Source: Escherichia coli
GTDB lineage: Bacteria > Pseudomonadota > Gammaproteobacteria > Enterobacterales > Enterobacteriaceae
Assembly (NCBI RefSeq): GCF_003018235.1
Contig: NZ_CP027437.1
DNA: 64,000 nucleotides
Strand: one strand, 5' to 3'
Part shown: piece by piece, positions 42,688-53,660 of the stretch
Numbering within the stretch: position 1 is the first letter of the stretch
Layout: every line of letters starts with the position of its first letter
Notes under the pieces: generated by a model
Database searches by the model: none
Seen by the model: the letters and a program-made list of their open reading frames with translations, nothing else
Told to the model about the DNA's origin: nothing
Position numbers and translations under genes: made by a program

Positions 42688-42789
42688 GCCTGTCAGTATG
42701 TTGTTTTTGTTGATTTTATAATCAAAAAATTCATTAAAAAATTTACATATCGCTGTAGCGCCCGTCATCCGTACGCTCTGCTTTTTACT

Positions 42790-42834
42790 TTGAGCTACAT
42801 CAAAAAAAGTTCAAACATCCTTGATGCAAAGCAC
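42790..42834 (+). promoter_or_regulatory. Two FNR-type boxes of the nrdDG promoter
   Basis: TTGAGctacATCAA (42790-42803) and TTGATgcaaAGCAC (42821-42834). Centres are 31 bp apart, which matches my recollection of published FNR sites at about -64.5 and -33.5. Confidence 0.5.
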
Positions 42835-42878
42835 TATATATAGACTTTAAAATGCGTCCCAACCCAATATGTTGTATT
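42831..42878 (+). promoter_or_regulatory. Two NrdR-box-like sequences
   Basis: gcactatatatagact (42831-42846) and cccaatatgttgtatt (42863-42878). Centre-to-centre spacing is 32 bp, as expected for paired NrdR boxes. Confidence 0.5.
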
Positions 42879-43038
42879 AATCGACTATAATTGCTACTAC
42901 AGCTCCCCACGAAAAAGGTGCGGCGTTGTGGATAAGCGGATGGCGATTGCGGAAAGCACCGGAAAACGAAACAAAAAAACCGGAAAACGTCTTTCCCAAT
43001 TTCTGTGGATAACCTGTTCTTAAAAATATGGAGCGATC

Positions 43039-45177
43039 ATGACACCGCATGTGATGAAACGAGACGGCTGCAAAGTGCCGTTTAAATCAGAGCGCATCAA
43101 AGAAGCGATTCTGCGTGCAGCTAAAGCAGCGGAAGTCGATGATGCCGATTATTGCGCCACTGTTGCTGCGGTTGTCAGCGAGCAGATGCAGGGCCGCAAC
43201 CAGGTGGATATCAATGAGATCCAGACCGCAGTTGAAAACCAGCTGATGTCGGGTCCATACAAACAACTGGCTCGTGCTTACATCGAGTACCGTCACGATC
43301 GCGACATTGAACGTGAAAAACGCGGTCGCCTGAACCAGGAGATCCGTGGTCTGGTCGAGCAGACCAACTCCTCGTTACTCAACGAAAACGCCAACAAAGA
43401 CAGCAAGGTGATTCCAACCCAGCGCGACCTGCTGGCCGGGATCGTGGCTAAACACTATGCACGCCAGCACCTGCTGCCGCGTGACGTGGTGCAGGCACAT
43501 GAACGTGGTGATATTCACTATCACGATCTCGATTACTCACCGTTCTTCCCGATGTTCAACTGCATGTTGATCGACCTGAAAGGCATGCTGACCCAGGGCT
43601 TTAAAATGGGGAACGCCGAGATTGAACCGCCGAAGTCGATCTCTACGGCAACCGCGGTAACTGCGCAGATTATTGCCCAGGTCGCCAGCCATATTTATGG
43701 CGGCACCACCATTAACCGTATCGATGAAGTGCTGGCACCGTTTGTCACCGCCAGCTACAACAAACATCGCAAGACCGCAGAAGAGTGGAACATCCCGGAC
43801 GCCGAAGGCTACGCTAACTCTCGTACCATCAAAGAGTGCTACGATGCCTTCCAGTCGCTGGAGTACGAAGTAAACACCCTGCATACCGCCAACGGTCAAA
43901 CGCCGTTTGTAACCTTTGGTTTTGGTCTGGGCACCAGCTGGGAGTCGCGCCTGATTCAGGAATCGATCCTGCGTAACCGTATCGCCGGCCTCGGTAAAAA
44001 CCGTAAAACGGCGGTGTTCCCGAAACTGGTGTTTGCGATTCGCGATGGCCTGAACCATAAAAAAGGCGATCCGAACTACGACATCAAACAGCTGGCGCTG
44101 GAGTGCGCAAGCAAGCGCATGTATCCGGATATCCTGAACTACGATCAGGTAGTGAAAGTCACCGGTTCGTTTAAAACCCCGATGGGCTGCCGCAGCTTCC
44201 TCGGCGTGTGGGAAAATGAAAACGGCGAGCAGATCCACGATGGTCGTAACAACCTCGGCGTGATCAGCCTGAACCTGCCGCGTATTGCGCTGGAAGCAAA
44301 AGGCGATGAAGCCACCTTCTGGAAGCTGCTGGATGAACGTCTGGTGCTGGCACGTAAGGCGCTGATGACCCGTATCGCCCGTCTGGAAGGCGTGAAGGCA
44401 CGCGTAGCTCCTATCCTCTATATGGAAGGTGCTTGTGGCGTGCGTCTGAATGCTGACGATGATGTTTCTGAAATCTTCAAAAACGGTCGTGCATCTATTT
44501 CGCTGGGTTACATCGGCATCCACGAAACCATTAACGCGCTGTTCGGCGGCGAGCATGTTTATGACAACGAGCAGCTTCGCGCGAAAGGTATCGCGATTGT
44601 TGAACGTCTGCGTCAGGCAGTGGATCAGTGGAAAGAAGAAACGGGTTATGGTTTCAGTCTCTACAGCACGCCGAGTGAAAACCTGTGCGACCGCTTCTGC
44701 CGTCTCGATACCGCTGAGTTTGGCGTGGTGCCGGGCGTGACCGATAAAGGTTACTACACCAACAGTTTCCACCTTGATGTGGAGAAAAAGGTGAACCCGT
44801 ATGACAAGATCGACTTTGAAGCGCCTTACCCGCCGCTGGCGAACGGTGGTTTCATTTGCTACGGCGAGTATCCAAACATTCAGCACAACCTGAAGGCGCT
44901 GGAAGATGTCTGGGATTACAGCTATCAGCATGTACCGTATTACGGCACCAATACGCCGATCGATGAGTGCTACGAGTGTGGCTTTACTGGCGAGTTCGAG
45001 TGCACCAGCAAAGGCTTCACTTGCCCGAAATGTGGTAACCATGACGCCTCCCGTGTGTCGGTAACTCGCCGCGTGTGCGGATATTTAGGTAGCCCGGATG
45101 CACGTCCATTTAACGCCGGTAAGCAGGAAGAAGTTAAGCGCCGCGTTAAACATTTGGGGAATGGGCAGATAGGTTAA
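43039..45177 (+). CDS. nrdD: Anaerobic ribonucleoside-triphosphate reductase
   Basis: 712 aa. N-terminal ATP-cone, C-terminal Zn site CYECGF...CPKCG, and glycyl-radical motif RVCGYLG. Confidence 0.98.
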   Translation: MTPHVMKRDGCKVPFKSERIKEAILRAAKAAEVDDADYCATVAAVVSEQMQGRNQVDINEIQTAVENQLMSGPYKQLARAYIEYRHDRDIEREKRGRLNQEIRGLVEQTNSSLLNENANKDSKVIPTQRDLLAGIVAKHYARQHLLPRDVVQAHERGDIHYHDLDYSPFFPMFNCMLIDLKGMLTQGFKMGNAEIEPPKSISTATAVTAQIIAQVASHIYGGTTINRIDEVLAPFVTASYNKHRKTAEEWNIPDAEGYANSRTIKECYDAFQSLEYEVNTLHTANGQTPFVTFGFGLGTSWESRLIQESILRNRIAGLGKNRKTAVFPKLVFAIRDGLNHKKGDPNYDIKQLALECASKRMYPDILNYDQVVKVTGSFKTPMGCRSFLGVWENENGEQIHDGRNNLGVISLNLPRIALEAKGDEATFWKLLDERLVLARKALMTRIARLEGVKARVAPILYMEGACGVRLNADDDVSEIFKNGRASISLGYIGIHETINALFGGEHVYDNEQLRAKGIAIVERLRQAVDQWKEETGYGFSLYSTPSENLCDRFCRLDTAEFGVVPGVTDKGYYTNSFHLDVEKKVNPYDKIDFEAPYPPLANGGFICYGEYPNIQHNLKALEDVWDYSYQHVPYYGTNTPIDECYECGFTGEFECTSKGFTCPKCGNHDASRVSVTRRVCGYLGSPDARPFNAGKQEEVKRRVKHLGNGQIG

Positions 45178-45184
45178 TCCTTCC

Positions 45185-45223
45185 CCCTCACCCTAACCCT
45201 CTCCCTCAAGGGAGAGGGTACCG
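45185..45223. repeat. Intergenic GC-rich hairpin repeat (BoxC-like family), copy 2
   Basis: ccctcaccctaaccctctccctcaagggagagggtaccg, near-identical to 20262-20299. Confidence 0.6.
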
Positions 45224-45361
45224 TTCCGTGCCCCTTCCTGATTCCCGACATAATGAATTGCCTCTGGCCAGTTGGTGTCGTCGCAAGGTGGCAAATGCGT
45301 AGCATCGGGGGACTTCGCCCGTACGCACCAGAGCAGTCATGGCGTCAATTGAGAATCGAAA

Positions 45362-45826
45362 ATGAACTTTCATCAGTACTATCCTGTCGACATCGTCAAC
45401 GGCCCCGGCACTCGCTGCACCCTGTTTGTCTCCGGGTGTGTTCATGAATGCCCCGGTTGCTATAACAAAAGCACCTGGCGGGTAAATTCCGGTCAGCCAT
45501 TTACCAAAGCAATGGAAGACCAGATCATTAACGATCTAAATGACACTCGCATCAAACGCCAGGGGATTTCCCTCTCCGGCGGCGATCCGCTGCATCCGCA
45601 AAACGTGCCGGATATTCTGAAACTGGTACAACGAATCCGCGCCGAATGTCCGGGTAAAGACATTTGGGTGTGGACAGGCTATAAACTCGACGAACTCAAC
45701 GCTGCGCAAATGCAGGTTGTTGATTTGATTAACGTACTGGTCGACGGCAAATTTGTGCAGGATTTAAAAGACCCTTCCCTGATCTGGCGCGGCAGCAGCA
45801 ATCAGGTGGTGCATCATTTGCGTTAG
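45362..45826 (+). CDS. nrdG: Anaerobic RNR activating enzyme (radical SAM)
   Basis: 154 aa. CxxxCxxC-type cluster motif CVHECPGCYN. Confidence 0.97.
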   Translation: MNFHQYYPVDIVNGPGTRCTLFVSGCVHECPGCYNKSTWRVNSGQPFTKAMEDQIINDLNDTRIKRQGISLSGGDPLHPQNVPDILKLVQRIRAECPGKDIWVWTGYKLDELNAAQMQVVDLINVLVDGKFVQDLKDPSLIWRGSSNQVVHHLR

Positions 45827-46117
45827 TCACTCATCCAGCCGTTTAGTCGCGTCTTCATAAACGGCTGAGTTCTCTCTCTTACCAATAGCTATCACCAACA
45901 CGAGCAACTCTTTATCGTTAACCTGATAAACCAGGCGATATCCCTGTGTGCGCAGCTTAATTTTGTAGCAGTCCGGTAAATCCCGCAGTTTAGCCGATGG
46001 ATTGCGCGGCCTTTTCAGCACATCCTCAAGCTTTTTTTTAAATTGTTCCCGGACTGTCACGCCCAGTTTTTGCCACTCTTTCAGCGCCCGCGGATCAAAC
46101 GCCAGCTCATAGTTCAT
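45827..46117 (-). CDS. RelE/ParE-superfamily type II toxin
   Basis: 96 aa from ATG 46117 (MNYELAFDPRALKEWQKL...YRLVYQVNDKELLVLVIAIGKRENSAVY). The start overlaps the antitoxin stop by 11 nt. Confidence 0.8.
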   Translation of the reverse strand: MNYELAFDPRALKEWQKLGVTVREQFKKKLEDVLKRPRNPSAKLRDLPDCYKIKLRTQGYRLVYQVNDKELLVLVIAIGKRENSAVYEDATKRLDE

Positions 46118-46349
46118 CCAGTCGGACCTTAATGGCCTCTTGTGGGTTGGCCAGTCGTTCCCTGACAGTGCGTAACAAGGCTTCTTCACTATCACTGACA
46201 GTGAGCGTTTTTACCGGCATTCGTCCATTTTCCGCAACGTACTGAAACAGCAGTCGCACTGCTTCAGTAGGCGTGATATTTAATTTTTCCAGCACCGCAT
46301 AAGCCTCATTTTTCAGTTTGTCATCCAGGCGGACGTTAAGTGTGGCCAT
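46107..46349 (-). CDS. RelB/DinJ-family antitoxin
   Basis: 80 aa, MATLNVRLDDKLKNEAYAVLEKLNITPTEAVRLLFQYV, an RHH-type N-terminus. GGAGG lies 5 nt upstream of the ATG. Confidence 0.8.
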   Translation of the reverse strand: MATLNVRLDDKLKNEAYAVLEKLNITPTEAVRLLFQYVAENGRMPVKTLTVSDSEEALLRTVRERLANPQEAIKVRLDEL

Positions 46350-46373
46350 TATGCCTCCGGTAATTATGAAAAG

Positions 46374-46409
46374 TGTAATGCATTATAGCATTACATATGC
46401 ATTACATTC
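46374..46409. promoter_or_regulatory. Putative autoregulatory operator/promoter of the RelBE-like operon
   Basis: GTAATGC (46375-46381) is inverted relative to GCATTAC at 46388-46394 and 46399-46405. Includes the perfect palindrome taatgcatta. Lies immediately upstream of the antitoxin gene. Confidence 0.5.
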
Positions 46410-46507
46410 ATTTCTGGAAAACGCCTCGCAAAAATGAGGACGACACGCAGGAATATGCCGTGGTGAAGATAGATATTGCGGTGATTTTACGAAGGGAGAA
46501 GAAAGCG

Positions 46508-46533
46508 TTGGGCGGTAACGTTTCACCGCCCAA
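46508..46533 (-). terminator. Hairpin downstream of cybC
   Basis: ttgggcgg...ccgcccaa, 8-bp stem just 3' of the cybC stop on the minus strand. Confidence 0.5.
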
Positions 46534-46540
46534 TAAGGAA

Positions 46541-46930
<390 letters not shown>

Positions 46931-46982
46931 TCACTTCCTTTTTTATTATGAAGATTTGGCGCGGCAGGTCGCGCCAGTTTTT

Positions 46983-48335
46983 TTACTGCCCGGCGATTTT
47001 CATCTCCGGCAACAGCACAGAACCACACTGTATATTACTGCGTGTTTCAATATCGTTACCGACGGTGACAATATTGCGCCACATATCTTTCAAATTACCT
47101 GCGATGGTGATTTCACTAACAGGATACTGAATTTCGCCATTCTCTACCCAGAAGCCCGCTGCACCACGGGAATAATCACCGGTAATGGCACTCACGCCCT
47201 GGCCCATCAGCTCCGTCACCACCAGCCCGGTGCCCATCTCTTTAAGCATTTGTTCGAAGCTTAGCCCTTGTCCGGCAATCCGCCAGTTGTGAATACCGCC
47301 CGCATGTCCGGTGCTTTTCAGCCCCAGTTTCCGCGCCGAGTAGCTGGTCAGCAGCCACTGAGTCAGGATGCCATCTTTGACGATATCGCGGCGCTCGGTG
47401 CGCACACCTTCGCTGTCGAATGGCGTCGACGCCAGCCCTTTCAGCAGATGCGGATGCTCTTCAATGGTCAGCCAGTCCGGCAGAATTTGTTTACCCAGCG
47501 AATCCAGCAGGAAGGTAGATTTACGGTAAACCGATCCACCCGCTATCGCCCCCACCAGATGGCCAAAAAGCCCGGTTGCCACTTCATTGGCAAAAATGAC
47601 CGGCGCTTTCATGGTGGAGAGTTTACGCGGTGACAGGCGCGATAAAGTACGGCGAGCACAGTCGGCCCCAACCCACTCTGGCGTTTGCAGATCGCTCATC
47701 GCACGACCAATGGTGTAGGCGTAATCACGCTCCATATCGCCATTTTCTTCAGCAATTACACAGCTGGAGAGCGAATGACGCGTAGAGCAGTAACCCTGCA
47801 ACATGCCGTGGCTGTTGCCAAAAACTTTGACACCGTAGTGGCTGTTAAAGCTGCCACCTTCGGTATTGGTGATGCGTTTGTCCGCCTGCAATGCTGCCTG
47901 TTCTGCGCGGGCCGCCAGTTCAATGGCTTCATCCGGGGAAACTTCCGCAGGGTGGAACAAGTCGAGATCCGGTGCGTCAAAGGCCAGCAGCTCTTTGTCT
48001 GCCACGCCGGCACAGGGATCTGGCGAGGTATAACGGGCAATATCCAGCGCCGCCTGTACGGTGCGGGCAATGGCCTGCGGGCTTAAATCGGTAGACGATG
48101 CGCTACCTTTACGGTTCTGGTGATAAACGGTGATCCCCAGCGCGCCATCGCTATTGAATTCAACATTCTCCACTTCACCATAACGCGTGCTTACGCTAAT
48201 GCCGGTGGTCTTGCTGACGGCAACTTCTGCACCGTCCGATTTGACTGAGGCCAACTCCAGCGCAGTGGAAACTGCTTCTTCCAGAATCTTGCGCTGCGCT
48301 TCAACTTGAGAGATTACTTTCATTGCAAGTGCCAT
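46983..48335 (-). CDS. pmbA: Metalloprotease PmbA (TldE)
   Basis: 450 aa ([30 protein letters not shown]...). Confidence 0.97.
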   Translation of the reverse strand: MALAMKVISQVEAQRKILEEAVSTALELASVKSDGAEVAVSKTTGISVSTRYGEVENVEFNSDGALGITVYHQNRKGSASSTDLSPQAIARTVQAALDIARYTSPDPCAGVADKELLAFDAPDLDLFHPAEVSPDEAIELAARAEQAALQADKRITNTEGGSFNSHYGVKVFGNSHGMLQGYCSTRHSLSSCVIAEENGDMERDYAYTIGRAMSDLQTPEWVGADCARRTLSRLSPRKLSTMKAPVIFANEVATGLFGHLVGAIAGGSVYRKSTFLLDSLGKQILPDWLTIEEHPHLLKGLASTPFDSEGVRTERRDIVKDGILTQWLLTSYSARKLGLKSTGHAGGIHNWRIAGQGLSFEQMLKEMGTGLVVTELMGQGVSAITGDYSRGAAGFWVENGEIQYPVSEITIAGNLKDMWRNIVTVGNDIETRSNIQCGSVLLPEMKIAGQ

Positions 48336-48428
48336 AATGTAGAGAGTTTCTCTGAAGTCTAACAGAGAACCGTTTTTCAGTGCGCATCTTAACTGGTAAC
48401 ATTAGCCTCTTTTTTTAAGGAGCCTGAG

Positions 48429-48980
48429 ATGACTAAGCAGCCCGAAGACTGGCTCGACGACGTTCCCGGTGATGACATCGAAGACGAAGACGATGAAATT
48501 ATCTGGGTCAGTAAAAGTGAAATTAAACGTGATGCCGAGGAGCTAAAACGCCTTGGCGCGGAAATTGTTGATCTGGGGAAAAACGCGCTGGATAAGATCC
48601 CGTTAGATGCGGATCTGCGCGCGGCTATTGAGCTCGCCCAGCGTATTAAGATGGAAGGTCGCCGCCGCCAGTTGCAGCTCATCGGTAAGATGCTGCGCCA
48701 GCGCGACGTAGAGCCTATTCGTCAGGCGCTGGATAAGCTGAAAAACCGTCACAACCAGCAGGTGGTGCTGTTCCATAAACTGGAAAACCTGCGCGATCGT
48801 CTGATCGACCAGGGTGATGACGCCATCGCTGAAGTATTGAATCTGTGGCCCGATGCCGATCGTCAGCAACTGCGTACTCTGATCCGTAACGCGAAGAAAG
48901 AGAAAGAAGGGAATAAGCCGCCGAAATCCGCACGCCAGATTTTCCAGTATCTGCGCGAGTTAGCGGAGAATGAAGGGTAA
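48429..48980 (+). CDS. yjgA: Ribosome-associated protein YjgA (DarP)
   Basis: 183 aa ([43 protein letters not shown]...). Confidence 0.95.
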
Positions 48981-49006
48981 TTTTCGTTGTTGATGTGAGT
49001 ATGGTT

Positions 49007-49038
49007 TGCCGGATGCGGCGTAAACGCCTTATCCGGCA
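49007..49038. repeat. REP element
   Basis: tgccggatgcggcgtaaacgccttatccggca. Confidence 0.7.
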
Positions 49039-49062
49039 ATGCTATATCATGCTGAAGCCGAA

Positions 49063-50436
49063 TTACTGCGCAGCTTCCGCCTTCTTCGCCAGTCCATCCA
49101 GCAGTTTCTGATGGATCCCACCAAAACCGCCGTTGCTCATCACCAGAATATGGTCGCCAGGCTGAGCGGTTTTCACCACCATATCTGCCAGCGTATCCAC
49201 ATCGCCACTCCAGTGTGCAGGCTGAACGCAGGCTTCTGCCACTTCTGCCACCTGCCATGGAATATGCGCCGGTTGCAGCAGGAAGACTTCATCGGCACGA
49301 CCTAATGAAGGTGCCAGATCGTCTTTGCAGATCCCCATTTTCATGGTATTCGAGCGCGGTTCCAGCACAGCAATAATGCGCGCCGTACCACCAACTTTGC
49401 CACGCAGCGCCGCCAGCGTTGCCAGAATCGCCGTCGGGTGATGGGCAAAATCGTCATATACCGTGACGCCATTCGCTTCACCACGCAACTCCAGACGGCG
49501 ACGAGCATTAATAAACGAACCCAGCGCGTTAGCGGCATCTGCCGGCGCTACACCAACATGGCGAGCCGCCGCAATCGCCATCAGGCCATTGTGCATATTA
49601 TGTTCGCCTACCAGCGACCATTTCACTTCGCCCACTTTTTCGCCATCCAGCAAGACTTCCCATTCGGAAGCATCGGTGGTCAGCTTTTTCGCCTGCCAGT
49701 GACCCTGCTCGCCCACCAGCTCCTGCTCGCTCCAGCAGCCCATCGCCATGGTCTGTTTCAGGTTGATGTCGTTTTCCGGCCAGATAATACGGCCCTGCCC
49801 CGGAACGATACGCACCAGATGGTGGAACTGTTTCTGGATCGCTTTCAGGTCGTCAAAGATATCGGCGTGATCGAACTCAAGGTTGTTGAGGATCAGCGTA
49901 CGCGGGCAGTAATGGACAAATTTAGAGCGTTTGTCGAAGAAGGCGCAGTCATACTCATCCGCTTCGATAACAAAGAAGTCGCTTTCGCCCAGACGCGCCG
50001 AGACCTCAAAGTTCCCCGGCACACCGCCGATCACAAATCCGGGTTTGTAACCGCACTGTTCCAGAATCCAGGTCGCCATTCCCGCTGTAGTCGTTTTACC
50101 GTGTGTACCGGCGACGGCCAGCACCCAACGGTCACGCAGTACAAAATCGTGCAGCCACTGCGGACCTGACATATAAGGGATGTTTTTTTCCAGTACCGCT
50201 TCCACACACGGATTTCCACGGGTCATGGCGTTGCCAATAATCACCAGATCCGGCTGCGGGTCGAGCTGGCTGGCATCGTAACCCTGAATCAGTTCAATGC
50301 CTTGCTTCTCAAGTAAGGTGCTCATCGGCGGATACACATTGGCGTCCGAACCCGTTACTTCATGGCCTAACTGGCGCGCCAGCATCGCCAGACCGCCCAT
50401 AAACGTGCCACAAATTCCTAAAATATGAATGCGCAT
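49063..50436 (-). CDS. mpl: UDP-N-acetylmuramate:L-alanyl-gamma-D-glutamyl-meso-DAP ligase
   Basis: 457 aa (MRIHILGICGTFMGGLAMLARQLGHEVTGSD...). Confidence 0.97.
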   Translation of the reverse strand: MRIHILGICGTFMGGLAMLARQLGHEVTGSDANVYPPMSTLLEKQGIELIQGYDASQLDPQPDLVIIGNAMTRGNPCVEAVLEKNIPYMSGPQWLHDFVLRDRWVLAVAGTHGKTTTAGMATWILEQCGYKPGFVIGGVPGNFEVSARLGESDFFVIEADEYDCAFFDKRSKFVHYCPRTLILNNLEFDHADIFDDLKAIQKQFHHLVRIVPGQGRIIWPENDINLKQTMAMGCWSEQELVGEQGHWQAKKLTTDASEWEVLLDGEKVGEVKWSLVGEHNMHNGLMAIAAARHVGVAPADAANALGSFINARRRLELRGEANGVTVYDDFAHHPTAILATLAALRGKVGGTARIIAVLEPRSNTMKMGICKDDLAPSLGRADEVFLLQPAHIPWQVAEVAEACVQPAHWSGDVDTLADMVVKTAQPGDHILVMSNGGFGGIHQKLLDGLAKKAEAAQ

Positions 50437-50611
50437 ACGTCACTATCCTTTTTTAATCTGCCGCTCATTTTACGCATATGTCGGGCAAGTGAGAAACGCA
50501 TTTCAGGATAATCCTTAATTTGCTGGCGCGATTCACCTGAGCGCAACATTGAGATTATTTGTTAAGATTGTTGCGGTCGCTTTACTCCATAAACATTGCA
50601 GGGAAAGTTTT

Positions 50612-51610
50612 ATGAAAACGTTAGGTGAATTTATTGTCGAAAAGCAGCACGAGTTTTCTCATGCTACCGGTGAGCTCACTGCTTTGCTGTCGGCAATAAA
50701 ACTGGGCGCCAAGATTATCCATCGCGATATCAACAAAGCAGGACTGGTTGATATCCTGGGTGCCAGCGGTGCTGAGAACGTGCAGGGCGAGGTTCAGCAG
50801 AAACTCGACTTGTTCGCTAATGAAAAACTGAAAGCCGCACTGAAAGCACGCGATATCGTTGCGGGCATTGCCTCTGAAGAAGAAGATGAGATTGTCGTCT
50901 TTGAAGGCTGTGAACACGCAAAATACGTGGTGCTGATGGACCCCCTGGATGGCTCGTCCAACATCGATGTTAACGTCTCTGTCGGTACCATTTTCTCCAT
51001 CTACCGCCGCGTTACGCCTGTCGGCACGCCGGTAACGGAAGAAGATTTCCTCCAGCCTGGTAACAAACAGGTTGCGGCAGGTTACGTGGTATACGGCTCC
51101 TCTACCATGCTGGTTTACACCACCGGATGCGGTGTTCACGCCTTTACTTACGATCCTTCGCTCGGCGTTTTCTGCCTGTGCCAGGAACGGATGCGCTTCC
51201 CGGAGAAAGGCAAAACCTACTCCATCAACGAAGGAAACTACATTAAGTTTCCGAACGGGGTGAAGAAGTACATTAAATTCTGCCAGGAAGAAGATAAGTC
51301 CACCAACCGCCCTTATACCTCACGTTATATCGGTTCACTGGTCGCGGATTTCCACCGTAACCTGCTGAAAGGCGGTATTTATCTCTACCCAAGCACCGCC
51401 AGCCACCCGGACGGTAAACTGCGTTTACTGTATGAGTGCAACCCGATGGCATTCCTGGCGGAACAAGCGGGCGGTAAAGCGAGCGATGGCAAAGAGCGTA
51501 TTCTGGATATCATCCCGGAAACCCTGCACCAGCGCCGTTCGTTCTTTGTCGGCAACGACCATATGGTTGAAGATGTCGAACGCTTTATCCGTGAGTTCCC
51601 GGACGCGTAA
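50612..51610 (+). CDS. fbp: Fructose-1,6-bisphosphatase class 1
   Basis: 332 aa from ATG 50612 ([32 protein letters not shown]...). Confidence 0.97.
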
Positions 51611-51618
51611 TCTCCTGC

Positions 51619-51645
51619 GCCTCTCCACACGGAGAGGCGTTTTTA
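51619..51645 (+). terminator. fbp terminator
   Basis: gcctctcc-acac-ggagaggc followed by gttttt. Confidence 0.75.
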
Positions 51646-52638
51646 TCGCTGCGCAATATTGACTCTTGTCACTGGCGAACTCTGGCGATTCTCCCACAGC
51701 ACCGTTAATCCACGCTGTAATGCTATAAAAATAAACAACAAAATACCGATGGCGATTTTCGTCCACCATGAGCTCAGCGTGCCATCAAAGTTTATGTAAG
51801 TCTGAATCAGTCCCTGAATCGCCACGCCAAAAAGCGTTCCCAGCACCGTTCCTACCCCACCACTTAACAACGTACCACCAATCACCACCGACGCGATGGC
51901 GTCCAGTTCCACACCTACGCCCGCCAGCGCATATCCTGCCTGGGTATAAATCGAGAAGACAATTCCTGCCAGTGTCGCCAGTCCGGTAGAGAGCATATAA
52001 ATGCGAATTGTAGTGCTGCGAGTGGAAATCCCCATCAGGTTTGCCGACGTCGCGTTGCCGCCAATGGCGTATACCTGATTACCAAAACGGGTACGATGCG
52101 CGAGGAAAATGCCGATAACCACCACCGCCAGCATCAGCAGTCCCATCGCACTTAAGCGACCGCCGCCAGGGATTTTCCATGCAAGGCTTGAGAGCGTGTC
52201 ATAAACAGGATGATTTATCGGGATCGACTCTTCCGAAACGAGATAGCTGACGCCACGCAAAAAGAACATTCCCGCCAGAGTAATAATAAACGCCGGGATC
52301 TTCAGGGCGTCGATCAAAAGCCCCATAAATGCGCCGAAGGCACAGCCCATCACCAGCACTAGCGGAAACGCCAGCAACGGCGAGAGGCCGAAATCGCCAA
52401 TCACTTTTGCCAGAAACACGCCGGTAAAGGCGATCACCGAACCGACGGAGAGATCGATCCCACCGGAGAGGATCACAAAGGTCATGCCAACAGCGATGAT
52501 CCCAAGGAAAGCATTATCGGTCAGGATATTGCAGATCACTCTTGTAGAAGCGAAACCGGGAAACTGCGTCAGGCAGTAGAGATAGCCCAGCACAAAGACG
52601 CCGATGGTGATCATAAGCGGTAGGTTACGTTTTATCAC
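51643..52638 (-). CDS. yjfF: Galactofuranose ABC transporter permease YjfF
   Basis: 331 aa, multi-TM. Synteny with ytfQRT. Confidence 0.95.
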   Translation of the reverse strand: MIKRNLPLMITIGVFVLGYLYCLTQFPGFASTRVICNILTDNAFLGIIAVGMTFVILSGGIDLSVGSVIAFTGVFLAKVIGDFGLSPLLAFPLVLVMGCAFGAFMGLLIDALKIPAFIITLAGMFFLRGVSYLVSEESIPINHPVYDTLSSLAWKIPGGGRLSAMGLLMLAVVVIGIFLAHRTRFGNQVYAIGGNATSANLMGISTRSTTIRIYMLSTGLATLAGIVFSIYTQAGYALAGVGVELDAIASVVIGGTLLSGGVGTVLGTLFGVAIQGLIQTYINFDGTLSSWWTKIAIGILLFIFIALQRGLTVLWENRQSSPVTRVNIAQR

Positions 52639-53650
52639 GGCTACGCACTCCTTTAATCAGACTGATAAAGCGTTGCGACTGAACAATCAGCACGCAAAGC
52701 ACCACTACCGCTTTCACCACCTGGTTCATCTCTGGCGGAAAGCCCGAAAGCAAAATTCCGGTGTTCATTCCCTGAATAATCAGCGCCCCTACCACTGAGA
52801 GCAGCAGGTTAAAACGCCCGCCCATCAGCGATCCGCCGCCAATCACCACCGCAAGAATGGCGTCCAGCTCCAGCCATAATCCGGCGTTGTTGGCATCGGC
52901 ACCGCGAATATCCGCCGCCACGATAATGCCCGCAATCGCCGCACACAGCCCGCTCAACACGTAGGTGAGCATGACGATGATTCGCGTGTTGACTCCGGCA
53001 TTTTTTGCCGCCCGAATGTTGATACCAACGGCTTCGATAAACATCCCCAGCGCCGTTTTGCGGGTCAACAGCCAGAACAGGAGAAGCGTCAGCACCGCGA
53101 TAATGACCGGCGTTGGCAGGAACAATAGCGATCCGCTGCCAAACCATGAGAGATCCGGCGAGTTAAACGTGACGATCTGTCCGGAGGTGATCAGTTGCGC
53201 CACGCCGCGCCCGGCGACCATCAGGATCAGGGTGGCAACAAACGGCTGAATTTTGAGGATCGCTACCAGTATGCCGTTCCACAATCCCGCCAGGATGCCA
53301 GTGCCCAGGGCGCTTAACAAAACAATCGGCAGGCTGAATCCCGCGACCGTCATCGCAGCCGTTGTGGCTCCGGCGATAGCCATCACCGCCCCTACGGAGA
53401 GATCGATACCACCAGTGGCGATCACCAGCGTCATGCCAATCGCCAGTAACGCAACGGGAGCTGCACGGTTAAGGATGTCGATAGGGCTACCGAACAAACG
53501 CCCATCCTGAAGCACAACCTGCCAGAAATGCGGGGCCACCAGACTGTCGACCAGCAGCACCAGCAATAGCGCTACCAGTTGCGGCATTCCTGTTGGCCAG
53601 CGAAAGCGCCTTTTCGGCGGCGTAGTGTCCGGGAGAGATTGAGGCATCAC
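52625..53650 (-). CDS. ytfT: Galactofuranose ABC transporter permease YtfT
   Basis: 341 aa if started at GTG 53650 (then MPQSLPDTTPPKRRF...). GGAGA lies 6-10 nt upstream. Confidence 0.93.
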   Translation of the reverse strand: MMPQSLPDTTPPKRRFRWPTGMPQLVALLLVLLVDSLVAPHFWQVVLQDGRLFGSPIDILNRAAPVALLAIGMTLVIATGGIDLSVGAVMAIAGATTAAMTVAGFSLPIVLLSALGTGILAGLWNGILVAILKIQPFVATLILMVAGRGVAQLITSGQIVTFNSPDLSWFGSGSLLFLPTPVIIAVLTLLLFWLLTRKTALGMFIEAVGINIRAAKNAGVNTRIIVMLTYVLSGLCAAIAGIIVAADIRGADANNAGLWLELDAILAVVIGGGSLMGGRFNLLLSVVGALIIQGMNTGILLSGFPPEMNQVVKAVVVLCVLIVQSQRFISLIKGVRSRDKT

Positions 53651-53660
53651 ACTGTTCTCC

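Noticed and set aside
42710-42725. Palindrome TTGATtttataATCAA upstream of nrdD, considered as an FNR box
   Set aside because: The half-sites are perfect but are separated by 6 nt, where FNR/CRP-family sites use 4 nt. The TTGAG-N4-ATCAA and TTGAT-N4-AGCAC boxes at 42790-42834 fit better. It may still bind something, but I cannot support a call.
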